A stretch of DNA of 64,000 nt, from assembly GCA_963823035.1 (NCBI GenBank), contig CAWGKG010000018.1, positions 96,001-160,000 of the forward strand, read 5' to 3'. Shown one piece after another: positions 43,701 to 56,492 of this stretch (positions within the stretch are counted from its first letter, which is position 1; each line of letters opens with the position of its first letter). The stretch comes from an uncultured Gemmatimonadales bacterium (GTDB taxonomy: Bacteria > Gemmatimonadota > Gemmatimonadetes > Longimicrobiales > Gaopeijiaceae). Below the pieces are notes generated by a model, which was given only the letters and a program-made list of their open reading frames with translations, was not told where the DNA came from and ran no database searches. The translations under genes were made by a program, and so were the position numbers.

Positions 43701-44112
43701 TCGGCTCGGACTCGGGGTCCACGCGCAGGATCGCCGGGCGGGTTGCGGTCTCCGGGAGGGACTCGCGCACGTTGTCCAGGCGCTCCCGGACGTTGAGCAT
43801 CGCGAAGTCCATGTCGGTGCCCCAAGCGAAGCGCAGCGTGACCAGGCTCACGCCCTCGCGCGACACCGACGTCACCCGCTCCACACCGGGGACGGCGGCC
43901 GCCTCCCCCTCGATCCTCTCCGTGACGAGCCGCTCGACCTCGGCGGGCGCGACGTCCGGATAGGACGTGTAGACCACCAGCTTCGGGTAGCTGACGTCCG
44001 GCAGCAGATCGATGGGGAGGCGAGCGTAGGAGATCAGCCCCAGGAGGATCACCGCCAGAAAGAGCATCCACACGGCGACGGGGCGCCGCGTCGAGATGCC
44101 GGGGATCGACAT
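40789..44112 (-). CDS. RND efflux permease (AcrB family)
   Basis: GMLVDNSIVVLENI, GIVVNDAIVKVD and RLRPIIMT motifs. Confidence 0.95.
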   Translation of the reverse strand: MSIPGISTRRPVAVWMLFLAVILLGLISYARLPIDLLPDVSYPKLVVYTSYPDVAPAEVERLVTERIEGEAAAVPGVERVTSVSREGVSLVTLRFAWGTDMDFAMLNVRERLDNVRESLPETATRPAILRVDPESEPIMVLSVVGGEDLWQTKELAETVFRRRLEQLDGIAQASVTGGLDREIQVEVDPRLLDAYGLTIEQIGVALNAANVSAPGGTILQGRYRYPLRTLGEFQTVDEIADVVVARQKPGQRGATPAAGADQPGGGVRLVRLRDVGRVVDGFAEREAIARYGGKEAVGLLVFKESGANTVRVAESVRDVIGQLTEEYPAVHVDVAYSQAGFIADSISNVVQSLVFGGILAFLVLFLFLRDPRYPVAIALAIPISVVGTFALMEAFGVSLNIMSLGGLALGVGMLVDNSIVVLENIFRHREELGAAPLPAASLGAEEVQGAITASTLTTVSVFGPIIYVEGVAGELFKDLSLAVAFSLLASLVVALTLLPSMAARFAVTGEEAPPWEPPPARARRPGFTGTVRWYGGAAVRAPGRLARGGWSLARALVVFWGRGIGRLLARMAGPFLRGFDRLFDGFTVRYHAALEWSLDHPTRVLAGAGLALVVSVALGGTLPRDLLPQVDQGAFQIRLELPEGTALTATAEAATKIESAALADPGVEAIFSNIGRDVRAYAEGEQASGLHTATFQVRTAPHVRSEDVADRMRALAGEFPPGALSVETGQATALGAMLGGAEADIAVRVRGEDLDASYALAAEVERRLDALRSVGNVRIGTERGQPQIQIEIDRTACAAYGVDPRVVAETVDRAMRGDHATEFVDFDRKIDVVVRYPSDQRYSMETLRALRVQNVPIRELVRVREAVGPAEVHREDQARVIPVYADVVQGGLDAAIADVNGALSSIPRSRDVRWDVGGENEEMRRSFRDLSFAFGLALILVYMILAAQFESFAQPFTILMAVPLALVGTVLALLVTREGLNTMSLIGVVILVGIVVNDAIVKVDFIVQARARGTALRESILEAGRVRLRPIIMTTATTVLGLLPMALGIGRGSDLRAPLAIAVIGGLSVATALTLIVVPVVFQTVERTRVRLWGETSIGAPVTQAGD

Positions 44113-44116
44113 CGGA

Positions 44117-45544
44117 CTACTCCGCCCCGCCCGTGCCGACGGGCCGGACCTCCGTGCCCACCGCCTCCTCCAGGTCGAGGAGGGCGTTCACGAAGCGGTA
44201 GCGGGCTTCGATCGTCTGGCGACGCGTATCGGCTTCCTGGTCGATCGACTGACGCAGATCCTCGAAGGTGCGCGTCCCGATCCGGTACTCCTCACGGGCG
44301 AGCCGGAGCGCCTCGGCCGCGATGGTCGCCGAGCGCTGCGCGAGCTGCAGGCTCTCCCACTGGTTGGAAAGCTCGAGGAGCGCGCCGCGCACGGTCTCCT
44401 GGATCTCGAGCCGCTTGGCGCGCTCCTGCTCGCGCTGGTTGTCCCGCTCGATCGAGGCCTGCACCTGATCGGCGCGGTTCTGGAAGAAGTTGTTGAACAT
44501 CGGGAACGAGAGCTGGACGTAGAACTGCTGGTCCCAGGGCTCGTCGTAGGAAACGTCGAAGAGCCCGTTCGTCGTGCTGGTCACGTGCGGCTGGCTCTGG
44601 GCAGTGCGCGTCACGTCCAGGTTCAGCGACAGCGTCGGCCACCATGCCGACTTCGCCCGCGCGACCGACACGTCGGCGCGCCGAACCCCCACCTCGGCCC
44701 GTCGTAGCTCGGGGTTCACGTCGAGCGCCGTCCTCACCAGCGCGTCCGCGTCCATCCCCGACGGATCGAAGATCGGGAGCGGCTCCTCGGCGAGCTCGAG
44801 CGCGTCCAGCTCGTCGTCGCCCAGCATCGTCCGCAGGGCGAGCTTCGCCTTCTCGTAGGCCGCGCGCTGCTGCTGCGTGGCGAGCTGCTGCTGCTGGATG
44901 CCCAGCTCGGCGTTCAGGACATCGACGCGGGTCTTCATGGCCAGGGAGAAGAGGCGCTGCGCGAGGTCCAGGTCGACCTTGCGGGCTTCGCCGAGCGCCT
45001 CCTCGGCGCGTAGCAGGTCCCGCTGCTGGAGCGCGCCCATGTACCTGCGGCGCACGCCGACGGACATGGTGAGCCGCGCGGCGTCCGCCGCCACGTCCCG
45101 ATCCTCGTTCATGAGCCTCTGGCTACGACGCTCCTGGAGGAGCGATCCCCCCTGGATCTGCCACCCCAGGGTGACCCCCTGGCGCGTGCTGGAGTAGTAG
45201 ACCCACACCGGGTCCTTGGCGATGGGGTTGCCGTAGTTGTCGGTCGCCCGGCTACGGTTGTTCCCGGAGAACGCCGTGTTGAAAAGTGTGAACTGCGCCT
45301 GCGGGAGGATGCGATCGAACCAGGCGGCGCGCATCTCGACGCCGTTGAGGTCCGTCGAATTCTCCGCCTGTCGGTAGGCCGGATTGCTTTCTCCGGCGAT
45401 CCGGAGTGCCTGATCCAGGGTGAGGGTCGTCGTGTCGGGTGTCTGCGCGGCCGCCGGCCGCGGGCCCAGCGTGAGCCCCAAGGCGGCTACGGTTGCGATC
45501 GTCATGCCGACGCACCACCGCCTGCCCTTCTCCGTCATCTTCAT
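44117..45544 (-). CDS. TolC family outer-membrane efflux protein
   Basis: Signal peptide, two OEP repeats, position in the RND operon. Confidence 0.9.
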   Translation of the reverse strand: MKMTEKGRRWCVGMTIATVAALGLTLGPRPAAAQTPDTTTLTLDQALRIAGESNPAYRQAENSTDLNGVEMRAAWFDRILPQAQFTLFNTAFSGNNRSRATDNYGNPIAKDPVWVYYSSTRQGVTLGWQIQGGSLLQERRSQRLMNEDRDVAADAARLTMSVGVRRRYMGALQQRDLLRAEEALGEARKVDLDLAQRLFSLAMKTRVDVLNAELGIQQQQLATQQQRAAYEKAKLALRTMLGDDELDALELAEEPLPIFDPSGMDADALVRTALDVNPELRRAEVGVRRADVSVARAKSAWWPTLSLNLDVTRTAQSQPHVTSTTNGLFDVSYDEPWDQQFYVQLSFPMFNNFFQNRADQVQASIERDNQREQERAKRLEIQETVRGALLELSNQWESLQLAQRSATIAAEALRLAREEYRIGTRTFEDLRQSIDQEADTRRQTIEARYRFVNALLDLEEAVGTEVRPVGTGGAE

Positions 45545-46740
45545 CGGCTCGGTCTCCCTCCCTCCGCCTGCACGTCCTCGACCAGGCGCACCGGCGTGTC
45601 GTGCGCGAGGTAGGCATGCCCGTCCACGAGCACGATCTCGCCCGGCTCGACCGTCCCCTCCTCACCCGGGAGGATCTCCACGTACTCCTCGTTCTCGCGA
45701 CCGGTGGTGACGTAGCGCCACTTGGCCAGTCCCTGCCGCTCGTCGCCTTCGTAGACGAAGAGCATCGTTCTCCTTCGTCCCTCCCCCCGCTCCAGGATCG
45801 CGGAGCGAGGCACCAGGATCCGGTCCGGGAGCGCCTCCGCGTCCAGCGACACTTCCGCGTACATCCCCGGCTTGATCCGCTGGTCCGTGTTCCTGAGCAG
45901 CACGGTCACCCGCCCCGTCCGGCTCTCCGGATCCACCACCGGGTTGATCGTCTCGACCGACCCGGTGAAGACCTCTCCCGGGTACGCGGCGAAGCGCACC
46001 TCCGCGCGCCGCCCGGCCGTGAGGAAGCCCAATTCCGCCTCGAGGACCTGGACCTCGACCTTGATGGGATCGAGGTCGACGACCGTCATCAGCTCCGCGC
46101 CCGCGGTGACGTGCTGGCCCTCGACGACCTTGAGGTCCGCGACCCTCCCGGCGAAAGGCGCCTGCACCCTGCTTCGGTCCAGCTCGAACTCGGCCTGACG
46201 AAGCGCCACCTCCTTCTGGTCCAGCCCGCTGCGTGAGCGGGCGATACGCTCACGCTCGGCGCGCACGGACGGGTCCGTGATCTCGTCGTCGAACAGCACG
46301 ATCTGGCGGTAGTCCGCCTCGGCCGCACGCAGGTCGGCCTGCGCCTGGGCAACGCGCAGCGCGTACTCCGTGGTGTCGATCTGGAGGAGCGGCGTGCCCG
46401 CGTCCACGCGCTGGCTCTCGCGCACTGCGATCGAGGTGACCATCCCCTCGACCTGGGCGTTCAGCTCGGCGCGCCTGTACGCCTCCGCCTGGCCCGACGC
46501 GCTCACGCGGATCCAGAGGGTGTCCCGGATGACCTTCGCGCCCGAGACCGGCTGGGGCACGCTGGTGGAGAACTGATCGGTGCCGGAGGTCTGCGGGAGG
46601 TCCGACGCGGTGGAGTCGGCCGCGGCCTCGGTGGTGGCGGCATCCGCCTTCCCCCCGAGACGCCACCAGACGCCGGCCGCCAGGACGACGAGGATGAGGA
46701 CCAGGGTGACGAGGCTGAGGGTCCGTCGGGAGAAGTCCAT
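45541..46740 (-). CDS. RND periplasmic adaptor (MFP)
   Basis: N-terminal TM helix, APFAGRV, INPVVD and IKPGMYA motifs. Confidence 0.92.
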   Translation of the reverse strand: MDFSRRTLSLVTLVLILVVLAAGVWWRLGGKADAATTEAAADSTASDLPQTSGTDQFSTSVPQPVSGAKVIRDTLWIRVSASGQAEAYRRAELNAQVEGMVTSIAVRESQRVDAGTPLLQIDTTEYALRVAQAQADLRAAEADYRQIVLFDDEITDPSVRAERERIARSRSGLDQKEVALRQAEFELDRSRVQAPFAGRVADLKVVEGQHVTAGAELMTVVDLDPIKVEVQVLEAELGFLTAGRRAEVRFAAYPGEVFTGSVETINPVVDPESRTGRVTVLLRNTDQRIKPGMYAEVSLDAEALPDRILVPRSAILERGEGRRRTMLFVYEGDERQGLAKWRYVTTGRENEEYVEILPGEEGTVEPGEIVLVDGHAYLAHDTPVRLVEDVQAEGGRPSR

Positions 46741-46970
46741 TTCTGCTCGCTCTCGGGCGCGTGGCTGACGCGACAGGTCGGCTGGGGGCCGCGTCGACCG
46801 AAGTCGCCCTCTGTGACGCTGGGGATGCCGGCGAGCGTTGCCGCCGACACCTGTAGAGGATCCTTCCGAGAGGGGAAGAACAAGGTACGGAGCCAGCGCG
46901 CACCCCCGCAAACCGTCCCCTGGGCCTCCCCGTCTTGGAGCCCCCCCTTCCCAGCGGTACCTTACGCGTC

Positions 46971-47465
46971 GTGCGCGCGAACCCTTCCCAAGGTCCGACC
47001 CCAGGTCGGAGGCGGACAGGCCTGGTCACCGTCGTGGGCCTGACGCTGATCGGCGTCGTGGTGGTGGTCGTCTGGATGCTCGGCCGGGCCGCGAACGAAC
47101 GGGGGACGACGGAGGCGCTCGCCCCCTGGGCGGGTGCTCCGCTCCCCGAACGCGACGACCCGATCGACGCCCCGCTCGCCGCGCTCGGAGCGGGCGTCTT
47201 CGAGCGACACTGTGCCGCCTGCCACGCCGTGACCGGAGAGCCGAAGATCGGCCCGAACCTGGCCGGCGTGACGCTGCGTCGCGAGGCGGCGTGGATCCGG
47301 GCCATGGTGCTGCGTCCGGACTCGATGACGCGCGACGACCCCGTGGCGGCCGCGCTCAAGCAGGGCTACGGCGTGCAGATGATGGTCGTCGGCGAGGTCG
47401 GCGAGGCGCGCGCGCGGGCCGTGATCGAGTTCCTCCGGCGCGTCGATGGCCAGGGCGGGTCCTGA
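46971..47465 (+). CDS. Membrane-anchored monoheme cytochrome c
   Basis: CAACH, GPNL and distal Met; start position uncertain. Confidence 0.8.
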   Translation: MRANPSQGPTPGRRRTGLVTVVGLTLIGVVVVVVWMLGRAANERGTTEALAPWAGAPLPERDDPIDAPLAALGAGVFERHCAACHAVTGEPKIGPNLAGVTLRREAAWIRAMVLRPDSMTRDDPVAAALKQGYGVQMMVVGEVGEARARAVIEFLRRVDGQGGS

Positions 47466-47503
47466 GGGAGGTCCGTCCGGAGGACGGAACTGTCGCGCCG
47501 CCC

Positions 47504-48751
47504 CTACTCCGCGGCCGCCCCCGCCGGTACTCCCCCACCGTAGCGCCGCTTCACGTAGTCGAGGAGGATCCCCTTGAACTCCTCGACCAGCCCCGCGCCC
47601 TTCAGGGTGAGCGCGTGCTCGCCGTCGATGTAGACCGGCGCCTTCGGCTCCTCGAACGTGCCCGGCAGGCTGATGCCGATGTTCGCGTACTTCGACTCGC
47701 CCGGGCCGTTCACCACGCACCCCATCACCGCCACCTCCATCGACTCCACGCCGGGGTAGGCCTTTCGCCAGGCGGGCATGCTGTCGCGAAGGTAGGAGGT
47801 GATGTCCTCGGCCATCTCCTGGAAGAACGTGCTCGTGGTGCGGCCACACCCCGGACAGGAAGTCACCTGCGGCTCGAAGTGGCGGATGTCGAGCGATTGG
47901 AGGACCTGCTGGGCGACGCGCACCTCCTCCGCACGATCGCCGCCCGGGCGCGGGGTCAGAGACACGCGGATCGTGTCGCCGATACCCTCGAGGAGGAGCG
48001 GAGCCAGCCCGGCCGTGGTGGCCACGATCCCCTTGGCCCCGAGCCCCGCCTCCGTGAGGCCGAGGTGCAGCGGATAGTCGCAGCGCTGGGCGAGCATGCG
48101 GTACACGTAGATGAGGTTCCGCACCGTCGACACCTTCGTCGAGATCACGATGCGGTCGTGGCCCAGACCCGTCTCCTCGGCGAGGGCGGCCGAGCGGACC
48201 GCACTCTCCACCATCGCGTCCATCAGGACCGCCTCGGCGTCCTTCGGCTCGGGGAGGGCCGCGTTGGCGTCCATCAGCTCGGTGAGCAGGCGCTGGTCCA
48301 GGGAGCCCCAGTTCACACCGATCCGCACCGGCTTGTCGTGGTCGATGGCGACCTGGACGATCTGCTGGAAGTTCGCGTCCCTGTGCTTCGTGCCCACGTT
48401 GCCCGGGTTGATGCGCAGCTTCGCGAGAGCCTCGGCGCAGTCCGGGTACTTCGTCAGCAGGAGGTGGCCGTTGTAGTGGAAGTCGCCGACGATCGGCGTG
48501 CGGTAGCCCTCGTCGCGCAGCCTGCGCACCATCTCCGGGACCGCCTGCGCGGCCGCGTCGTGGTTCACCGTCACGCGCACCAGCTCGCTGCCGGCATCGG
48601 CCAGGAGCTTCACCTGCGCCAGGGTGGAGGCGACGTCCGCGGTGTCGGTGTTCGTCATCGACTGGACGACCACCGGCGCCTCGCCGCCCACCGTCACGCC
48701 CCCGACGTCCACCGGAACGCTTTTCCTGCGCTCTACTCCGATCACGAGCAT
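47504..48751 (-). CDS. ispG: (E)-4-hydroxy-3-methylbut-2-enyl-diphosphate synthase
   Basis: [31 protein letters not shown] and [10 protein letters not shown] motifs. Confidence 0.97.
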   Translation of the reverse strand: MLVIGVERRKSVPVDVGGVTVGGEAPVVVQSMTNTDTADVASTLAQVKLLADAGSELVRVTVNHDAAAQAVPEMVRRLRDEGYRTPIVGDFHYNGHLLLTKYPDCAEALAKLRINPGNVGTKHRDANFQQIVQVAIDHDKPVRIGVNWGSLDQRLLTELMDANAALPEPKDAEAVLMDAMVESAVRSAALAEETGLGHDRIVISTKVSTVRNLIYVYRMLAQRCDYPLHLGLTEAGLGAKGIVATTAGLAPLLLEGIGDTIRVSLTPRPGGDRAEEVRVAQQVLQSLDIRHFEPQVTSCPGCGRTTSTFFQEMAEDITSYLRDSMPAWRKAYPGVESMEVAVMGCVVNGPGESKYANIGISLPGTFEEPKAPVYIDGEHALTLKGAGLVEEFKGILLDYVKRRYGGGVPAGAAAE

Positions 48752-48948
48752 CCTCGGCTTCCAAGGTCCGTCCGGCCCCTCGCGGCCCGGATCGCGACGC
48801 GCAGGAATCTACCCCGGCGCACAGGAGGGGTCCAAGCGCCGCGCCCATGGGGAGCCGGATCGGCCGGCCGGCCAGGAACCGCCGTTCCCATCGGGGGTTG
48901 AGAGGCGGGCAGCCCCACCCAGCGAGCCGAGAACCCGGGAGTGTGTTC

Positions 48949-49170
48949 GTGTCCGAAGACATGAAGATCATCGTGCGTCCCCACGGCTCCCTCAAGGTCG
49001 AGGGGAACGTCCCGCTCTTCGACAGCGACGGGAACCGGATTCCGACCCCCGAGGACCGCCCCTATTCCCTCTGTCGGTGCGGACATTCGAAGGACAAGCC
49101 TTTCTGTGACGCGTCGCACAAGACGTGCGCGTGGGATCCCACGCTCGGCCCCCGGGCCCAGTTCTCCTGA
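48949..49170 (+). CDS. CDGSH iron-sulfur domain protein
   Basis: LCRCGHSKDKPFCDASH. Confidence 0.9.
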   Translation: MSEDMKIIVRPHGSLKVEGNVPLFDSDGNRIPTPEDRPYSLCRCGHSKDKPFCDASHKTCAWDPTLGPRAQFS

Positions 49171-49209
49171 CGGGGGCTGCCGCGCCTCCGCCGCTCCTCT
49201 TCCCCGGCC

Positions 49210-50314
49210 ATGCGCATCGCCGCCCACAACGGCTCCCGAAGCTACGGGGGCGGTGAGAAGTGGACGGTGCTCCTGCTCGAGGGCCTCCGGGCCCGCGGGC
49301 ACGACGTACACCTGTTCTGCAACTTCGAGGTGGTGGCCGAGCAGGCCCGCGCCCGCGGCGTGGAAGCTTCGATCGCGGTCCTCGGCGGCCACCTGGCACT
49401 TCATCAGGTCCTGACGTTCAGGAGGCAATCTGCGCGCGCAGGCTCCCGACGCGCTGCTCATCTCCACCTTCAAGAAGACCTGGCTCGGCGGCATGGCGGC
49501 CAAGGCGGCCGGCGTGCCCACGGTGGTGTCGCGCATCGGCCTCGACACCGACCTGCCGGGCAAGCACTGGAGCTACCGGCTCGCCTTCCGGCGGTGGATC
49601 CACGCGGCGCTGGTGAACGCCGACGGCATCCGGCGCGCGCTGGTGGCGGGTCTGCCCGACTACGATCCCGCTCGCGTGGCCACGGTCTACGACGGGATCT
49701 CGCTCGACCGGGCTCCGGTGAGTGCCGCCGAGGCACGGCGGGCGCTCGGCCTTCCTCCGGACGTGCCGGTCGTCGGTTCGGTGACGCGCCTCAGCGCGCA
49801 GAAACGTCTGGACCGGATGCTCGAGACCCTGGCCCTCCTGCCCGGTGTGCACGGCGTGCTGGCGGGCGAGGGGGAGCTGGAAGGGGAGCTGCGCGCCCGG
49901 GCGGACGCGCTGGGGTTGGCAGAGCGCGTGCACTTCCTCGGCTACCGGGACGACGTGGCCCGCGTGCTGTCGGCGCTCGACGTCTTCCTCCTCACCTCCG
50001 ACCGCGAGGGGATGGCCAACGCGATGCTCGAGGCGATGGCCGCCGGCGTCCCGGTGGTGAGCACGCCCGTATCCGGCGCGGACGAAGCGCTCTTCGACGA
50101 TCGCGGGCGCGTTCCCGGCCTCGTGGTCGAGCCCGATCCCCACGCGCTCGCCGCAGCCGTCCAGGGGATCCTCGACGTGCCTGCCGTCCGGGTGGCGATG
50201 GCCGAGGAGGGGCGGCGGCGCGCGGCCGGCCGCTTCTCTTTCGACGCGATGGTGACGGCGTGGGAGGGGGTGCTGGGAGGAGATCCGCCGGCGCGTTGGC
50301 ACCAGGGGGGGTAG
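49210..50314 (+). CDS. Glycosyltransferase family 4 (frameshift near 49,430)
   Basis: N-terminal YGGGEKW, KRLD and EGMANAMLEAMAAGVPVV motifs. Confidence 0.88.
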
Positions 50315-50334
50315 GGCGCACCTGTCGAGGCGCC

Positions 50335-51408
50335 TCAGAGCGCGACGGCGATCCCGCGGGCGTCCTCGCCGGCGTACCGCGTCCGGTAGCGGAAGCGGCG
50401 CTTGAGTCGGCGGGCGTCCCAGGGGCGCGTGAACTCGGTCTCGTAGTTGAACACCAGCTCGCCCCCTTCGCGGCCGACGACGACGCGCGACAGCGCGACG
50501 GGATCGGGGTGCTGGAAGTAGCTGCCGTTGGTCGAGACCAGGAAGCGCTCGCACTGGACCGCCCGCAACAGCCCCGGACTGACGTTGTGGCGGCTGCCGT
50601 GATGCGAGAGCTTGAGCGCCGCCAGCGGGAGGCGCTCGCAGCCGCGCTCGGCGGCCAGGCGGCGCAGGTTGTGCTCGAGCAGGGGCGCGAAGGCGTCGGC
50701 GGAGAGCAGCACGCTCTTGCCCTCGTACTCCAGCAGCAGCGCGATGCTCGAGCCGTTCGCCTCGGACGTGTCCGGCTCGAAGGGCTCCTCGCCCAGCGCC
50801 TCGGGGTCGAGTGCCTCCTCGCCCAGCGCGTCGGGCTGCGCCTCGGGCTCCTCGGCCGGGGCGCCGGGCACCAATCCGGCCTTCTCGACCTCGCGCTTCC
50901 ACACCGGCCGCAGGGCGGCCAGCTCCACGCGCGTCGGAGACAGGAGGGTCCAACGCAGCCCGCCCGACAACGTGTCCGACGGCAGCTCGCCGGCGTCGGG
51001 CACCTGCACCGCGTGGCCGCCGAAGTCTCCGTTCCAGGAGAGCTTGCGCCGCACGATCGCCTGGCCGAGCAACTCCCCCTGCTTGGCGCCCATCAGGTCG
51101 GACGGCAGGTGGTCCCATCCGTTGAACCACACGTCACGCGCCGCGAGCGGGAGCGCGCGATCTTCGAGCAGGCCCAGGATGCCGGTGATGTGGTCGAAGT
51201 CGATGTGGCTCACGACCAGCAGCTCGAGCGGGCGCCGCTGCACCGTCCCGTCGCCCAGCCGCGTACGCAGAAGCTCGCGTAGCCGCTCGCCGGTTGCCTT
51301 CAGCCTCGGGCCCCCGTCGATCAGCAAGCAGTATGGTTGCTCGGCGTCGCCCCACTCCACCCACAGGCTGTCGCCGTGGCCCGCGCGCAGCATCTCGATC
51401 CGGAACAT
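50335..51408 (-). CDS. MBL-fold (ComEC/Rec2-like) metallo-hydrolase, similar in style to defence-associated MBLs such as Avs1a
   Basis: GHGDSL, LIDGG, SHIDFDH, NGSSI, LLSADA, KLSHHGS and STNG...HPD motifs. GGGGGAG RBS 11 nt after the upstream stop. Confidence 0.85.
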   Translation of the reverse strand: MFRIEMLRAGHGDSLWVEWGDAEQPYCLLIDGGPRLKATGERLRELLRTRLGDGTVQRRPLELLVVSHIDFDHITGILGLLEDRALPLAARDVWFNGWDHLPSDLMGAKQGELLGQAIVRRKLSWNGDFGGHAVQVPDAGELPSDTLSGGLRWTLLSPTRVELAALRPVWKREVEKAGLVPGAPAEEPEAQPDALGEEALDPEALGEEPFEPDTSEANGSSIALLLEYEGKSVLLSADAFAPLLEHNLRRLAAERGCERLPLAALKLSHHGSRHNVSPGLLRAVQCERFLVSTNGSYFQHPDPVALSRVVVGREGGELVFNYETEFTRPWDARRLKRRFRYRTRYAGEDARGIAVAL

Positions 51409-51419
51409 GTCGCTCCCCC

Positions 51420-54446
<3,027 letters not shown>

Positions 54447-54498
54447 GGCCAACTCCTCCCGTGCATGCGGAGCTTCGTGCCCCGCGCATCGTAGTCGA

Positions 54499-55470
54499 TC
54501 AGTCCTTCGGTCGCCCACCTCCCAGCCACAGAAGCAGCAGACGGAAGGCGCGTACGACGTTCCAGGCGATCCGGCGCAGCCCCAGCGAAGCCAGCGTGCG
54601 GTCCCAGCCGAGATCGGGCGGGGACGCGGGCTCGTAGCGCTCGCAGGCGAAGGCGACGAAGCGCGTGGTCTCCAGCGTCGCCTGCTCGCGCGGCTCGAGC
54701 TCGAGCCGGACCCTCCGCTCGTTGCGCGGATCGAGTGGATCGAGGATCCACAGCTCGAGGACGGCATCGGGCAGCTCGCGCCCGCGCCAGGCGATGGCGT
54801 GGAGCGCAGACAAGGGGTCGAGCGAGCGTGTCCAGAGCACGATCGGGCGGGGCTCACCCGCTTCGAGCCGTCCGCTCAACTCGCGCCAAGCCTCGGTGTT
54901 CTGGCGTGCGATCCAGTCGACGCCACCGGGCGCCGGCAGGGCCAGGTCCATCTGCACCTGCGCCCGGGCGACCCCGCCCGACGCCGCCAGCGCGGCACGG
55001 ACGGGCACAGCGAGCCACTCGCGGGGCAGCCAGCGACGTGGAAGCAGCGCGAGCACCGCCATATCGCGCCACAGGTGCTCCAAGGTGTCCTCGAGGTCTC
55101 GCAGCGAGCGGTGCCGCACGTACTCGGTCCAGGCCTGCGCCCTTCGTCGCGCGCGCTTGGAGCCCGCGCCGTCATCGAGGTGGCGCGGCAGCGCGAGCCG
55201 GCGGGCGTGGAAGGCGTCGAGCGCCGCGAGGGCCAGCCCGCGGCGCGCCCCCCAATCGGTGCTCGACGCCTGCGCGGTCCATGCCTCGAGTCGCTCGCCG
55301 ACCCCGTACAGGTCGAGCATGGCCGCGCCGAAGCGCTCGCACAACGTCGCCAGCGCCCGCTCACGCGCCGCCTGCAGCGAGGCCTCGAGTGCCTCGACAC
55401 CGGCCGCTTCGAGTCCGGGATCGGCGCACCGGAGGCCGTCGAGGCGGGGGCGGAGGCGCGTGGACGGCAT
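54499..55470 (-). CDS. Hypothetical protein, probable catalytically dead papain/C39-like fold
   Basis: WGARRGLALAALDAFH, GEPRPIVL, LHAIAWRG and LWILDP recall GLCGGMxxAALDY / HQVLAYG / YDPN-type proteins (from memory) but lack the Cys. Confidence 0.5.
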   Translation of the reverse strand: MPSTRLRPRLDGLRCADPGLEAAGVEALEASLQAARERALATLCERFGAAMLDLYGVGERLEAWTAQASSTDWGARRGLALAALDAFHARRLALPRHLDDGAGSKRARRRAQAWTEYVRHRSLRDLEDTLEHLWRDMAVLALLPRRWLPREWLAVPVRAALAASGGVARAQVQMDLALPAPGGVDWIARQNTEAWRELSGRLEAGEPRPIVLWTRSLDPLSALHAIAWRGRELPDAVLELWILDPLDPRNERRVRLELEPREQATLETTRFVAFACERYEPASPPDLGWDRTLASLGLRRIAWNVVRAFRLLLLWLGGGRPKD

Positions 55471-55501
55471 CGCCACGGGCGCTCTGCTCAGCCGCGGGCG
55501 G

Positions 55502-55747
55502 TCACGACAACCCCCGTCGGCCGCGTCGCCGGCGCTGCGCTTCAGCATGCCCCTCCAGCAAGCGACGCAACTCGTCCAGCCCCCCGGAGGACTTGCTGTG
55601 ATCGAGCTGCAGCACCAACCCGCAGCCGCCGCAGACCAGCTCACCGCGACCCAGCAGGGCGTTCACGTCCGCCCGCACGTGCGCGCCGCAGACCGGACAG
55701 TCGAAGCCGGGCTCGCCCCGGGGGCCGGGCCCCTCAGCGATCGTCAC
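55502..55747 (-). CDS. Small zinc-ribbon protein (CxxC-X19-CxxC)
   Basis: PGFDCPVCG...VCGGCGLVLQLD; GTG start overlaps the upstream DUF2589 gene. Confidence 0.7.
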   Translation of the reverse strand: MTIAEGPGPRGEPGFDCPVCGAHVRADVNALLGRGELVCGGCGLVLQLDHSKSSGGLDELRRLLEGHAEAQRRRRGRRGLS

Positions 55748-56474
55748 GGGCGCTTGGCGGCGGATCGACGGGCGGAGCGGGCGGTGCCTCCGGCGTGGGG
55801 AGCTCGCCCGCCTCGCGCACCTGGATGTTGTGCTCGAGCAGGTTGAACAGGCGCGCCATCCCGGCCGGCACGTCCGCCTGAGCCACACGTACCTTGACGT
55901 GCACCTGCATCTCCATCGACTGGCGGCCGTCGACGCGCGTGGAGCGGGGGCGACCCAAGGCACCCTTGAATTCCACACGCCTTCCCATGCGCTCGCTCAA
56001 CCGATCGAGGTCGGAGCGCGGTTCGGACGCGGCATCCGACGCGGCATCGCCGCCGCCCGGAGCCTGCTCCTGCTGCGGCTGCTGCGCCGTCTCCGCGTGA
56101 TAGCTGGCGACGTCGACGATCTTGACGAAGAAATCCAGCTCGGCGTCCTGGATCTGCAGGGCCGGCACGGGCAGCAGCGAGAGCAGCGGCACCTCGACCT
56201 GCATGTCGCGCTGCGTTCCGTCGGGCCCGGCGCGCTGCAGGCGGAAGCGCGCCATGCGCAGGTCGCCCAGCTCCAGGCCACCCGGGCCGGACTCCGCCTC
56301 CGGCTTTCCCGCCCGCGGCTCGAAGCCGAAGCGCTCGATGAACTCCGCCGTGGCCTGGGCGGACTGCGACTCCGCGTCGACCAGAGCGTGCAGCGGCGCG
56401 CCGATCAGCTGATACAGCGACAGGGCCGGGTACACGCCGTGCGAGTCTTTCGCCGGGTTGCGGGCTTCAGGCAT
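55734..56474 (-). CDS. DUF2589 domain-containing protein
   Basis: LYQLIGAPLHALVDAE, VPLLSLLPVPALQI and QADVPAGMARL motifs. Confidence 0.8.
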   Translation of the reverse strand: MPEARNPAKDSHGVYPALSLYQLIGAPLHALVDAESQSAQATAEFIERFGFEPRAGKPEAESGPGGLELGDLRMARFRLQRAGPDGTQRDMQVEVPLLSLLPVPALQIQDAELDFFVKIVDVASYHAETAQQPQQEQAPGGGDAASDAASEPRSDLDRLSERMGRRVEFKGALGRPRSTRVDGRQSMEMQVHVKVRVAQADVPAGMARLFNLLEHNIQVREAGELPTPEAPPAPPVDPPPSARDDR

Positions 56475-56492
56475 GATCGGGCTCCCTGCGGG

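Noticed and set aside
37624..46740. Two tandem RND permeases as a novel system
   Set aside because: MFP-TolC-RND-RND operons (MdtABC-like heteromers) are well known.
26..48995. Many long antisense or alternate-frame ORFs (e.g. 1741..4440+, 15812..18775+, 41494..44496+)
   Set aside because: They are Arg/Gly/Pro-rich shadows of real genes, as expected at this GC content, and carry no recognisable motifs.
4361..50314. Frameshifts in the OM barrel, AI-2E, tadA, glnS, RND permease and GT4 genes as programmed frameshifting or pseudogenes
   Set aside because: They are scattered frame breaks, including in normally essential genes, with no shared slippery motif. Long-read consensus error is the simplest explanation.
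50300..50335. Possible att duplicate of the tRNA-Ser 3' end (agggggggtaggg vs agggggtggg)
   Set aside because: The match is short, low-complexity and mismatched, so it is not significant in high-GC DNA.
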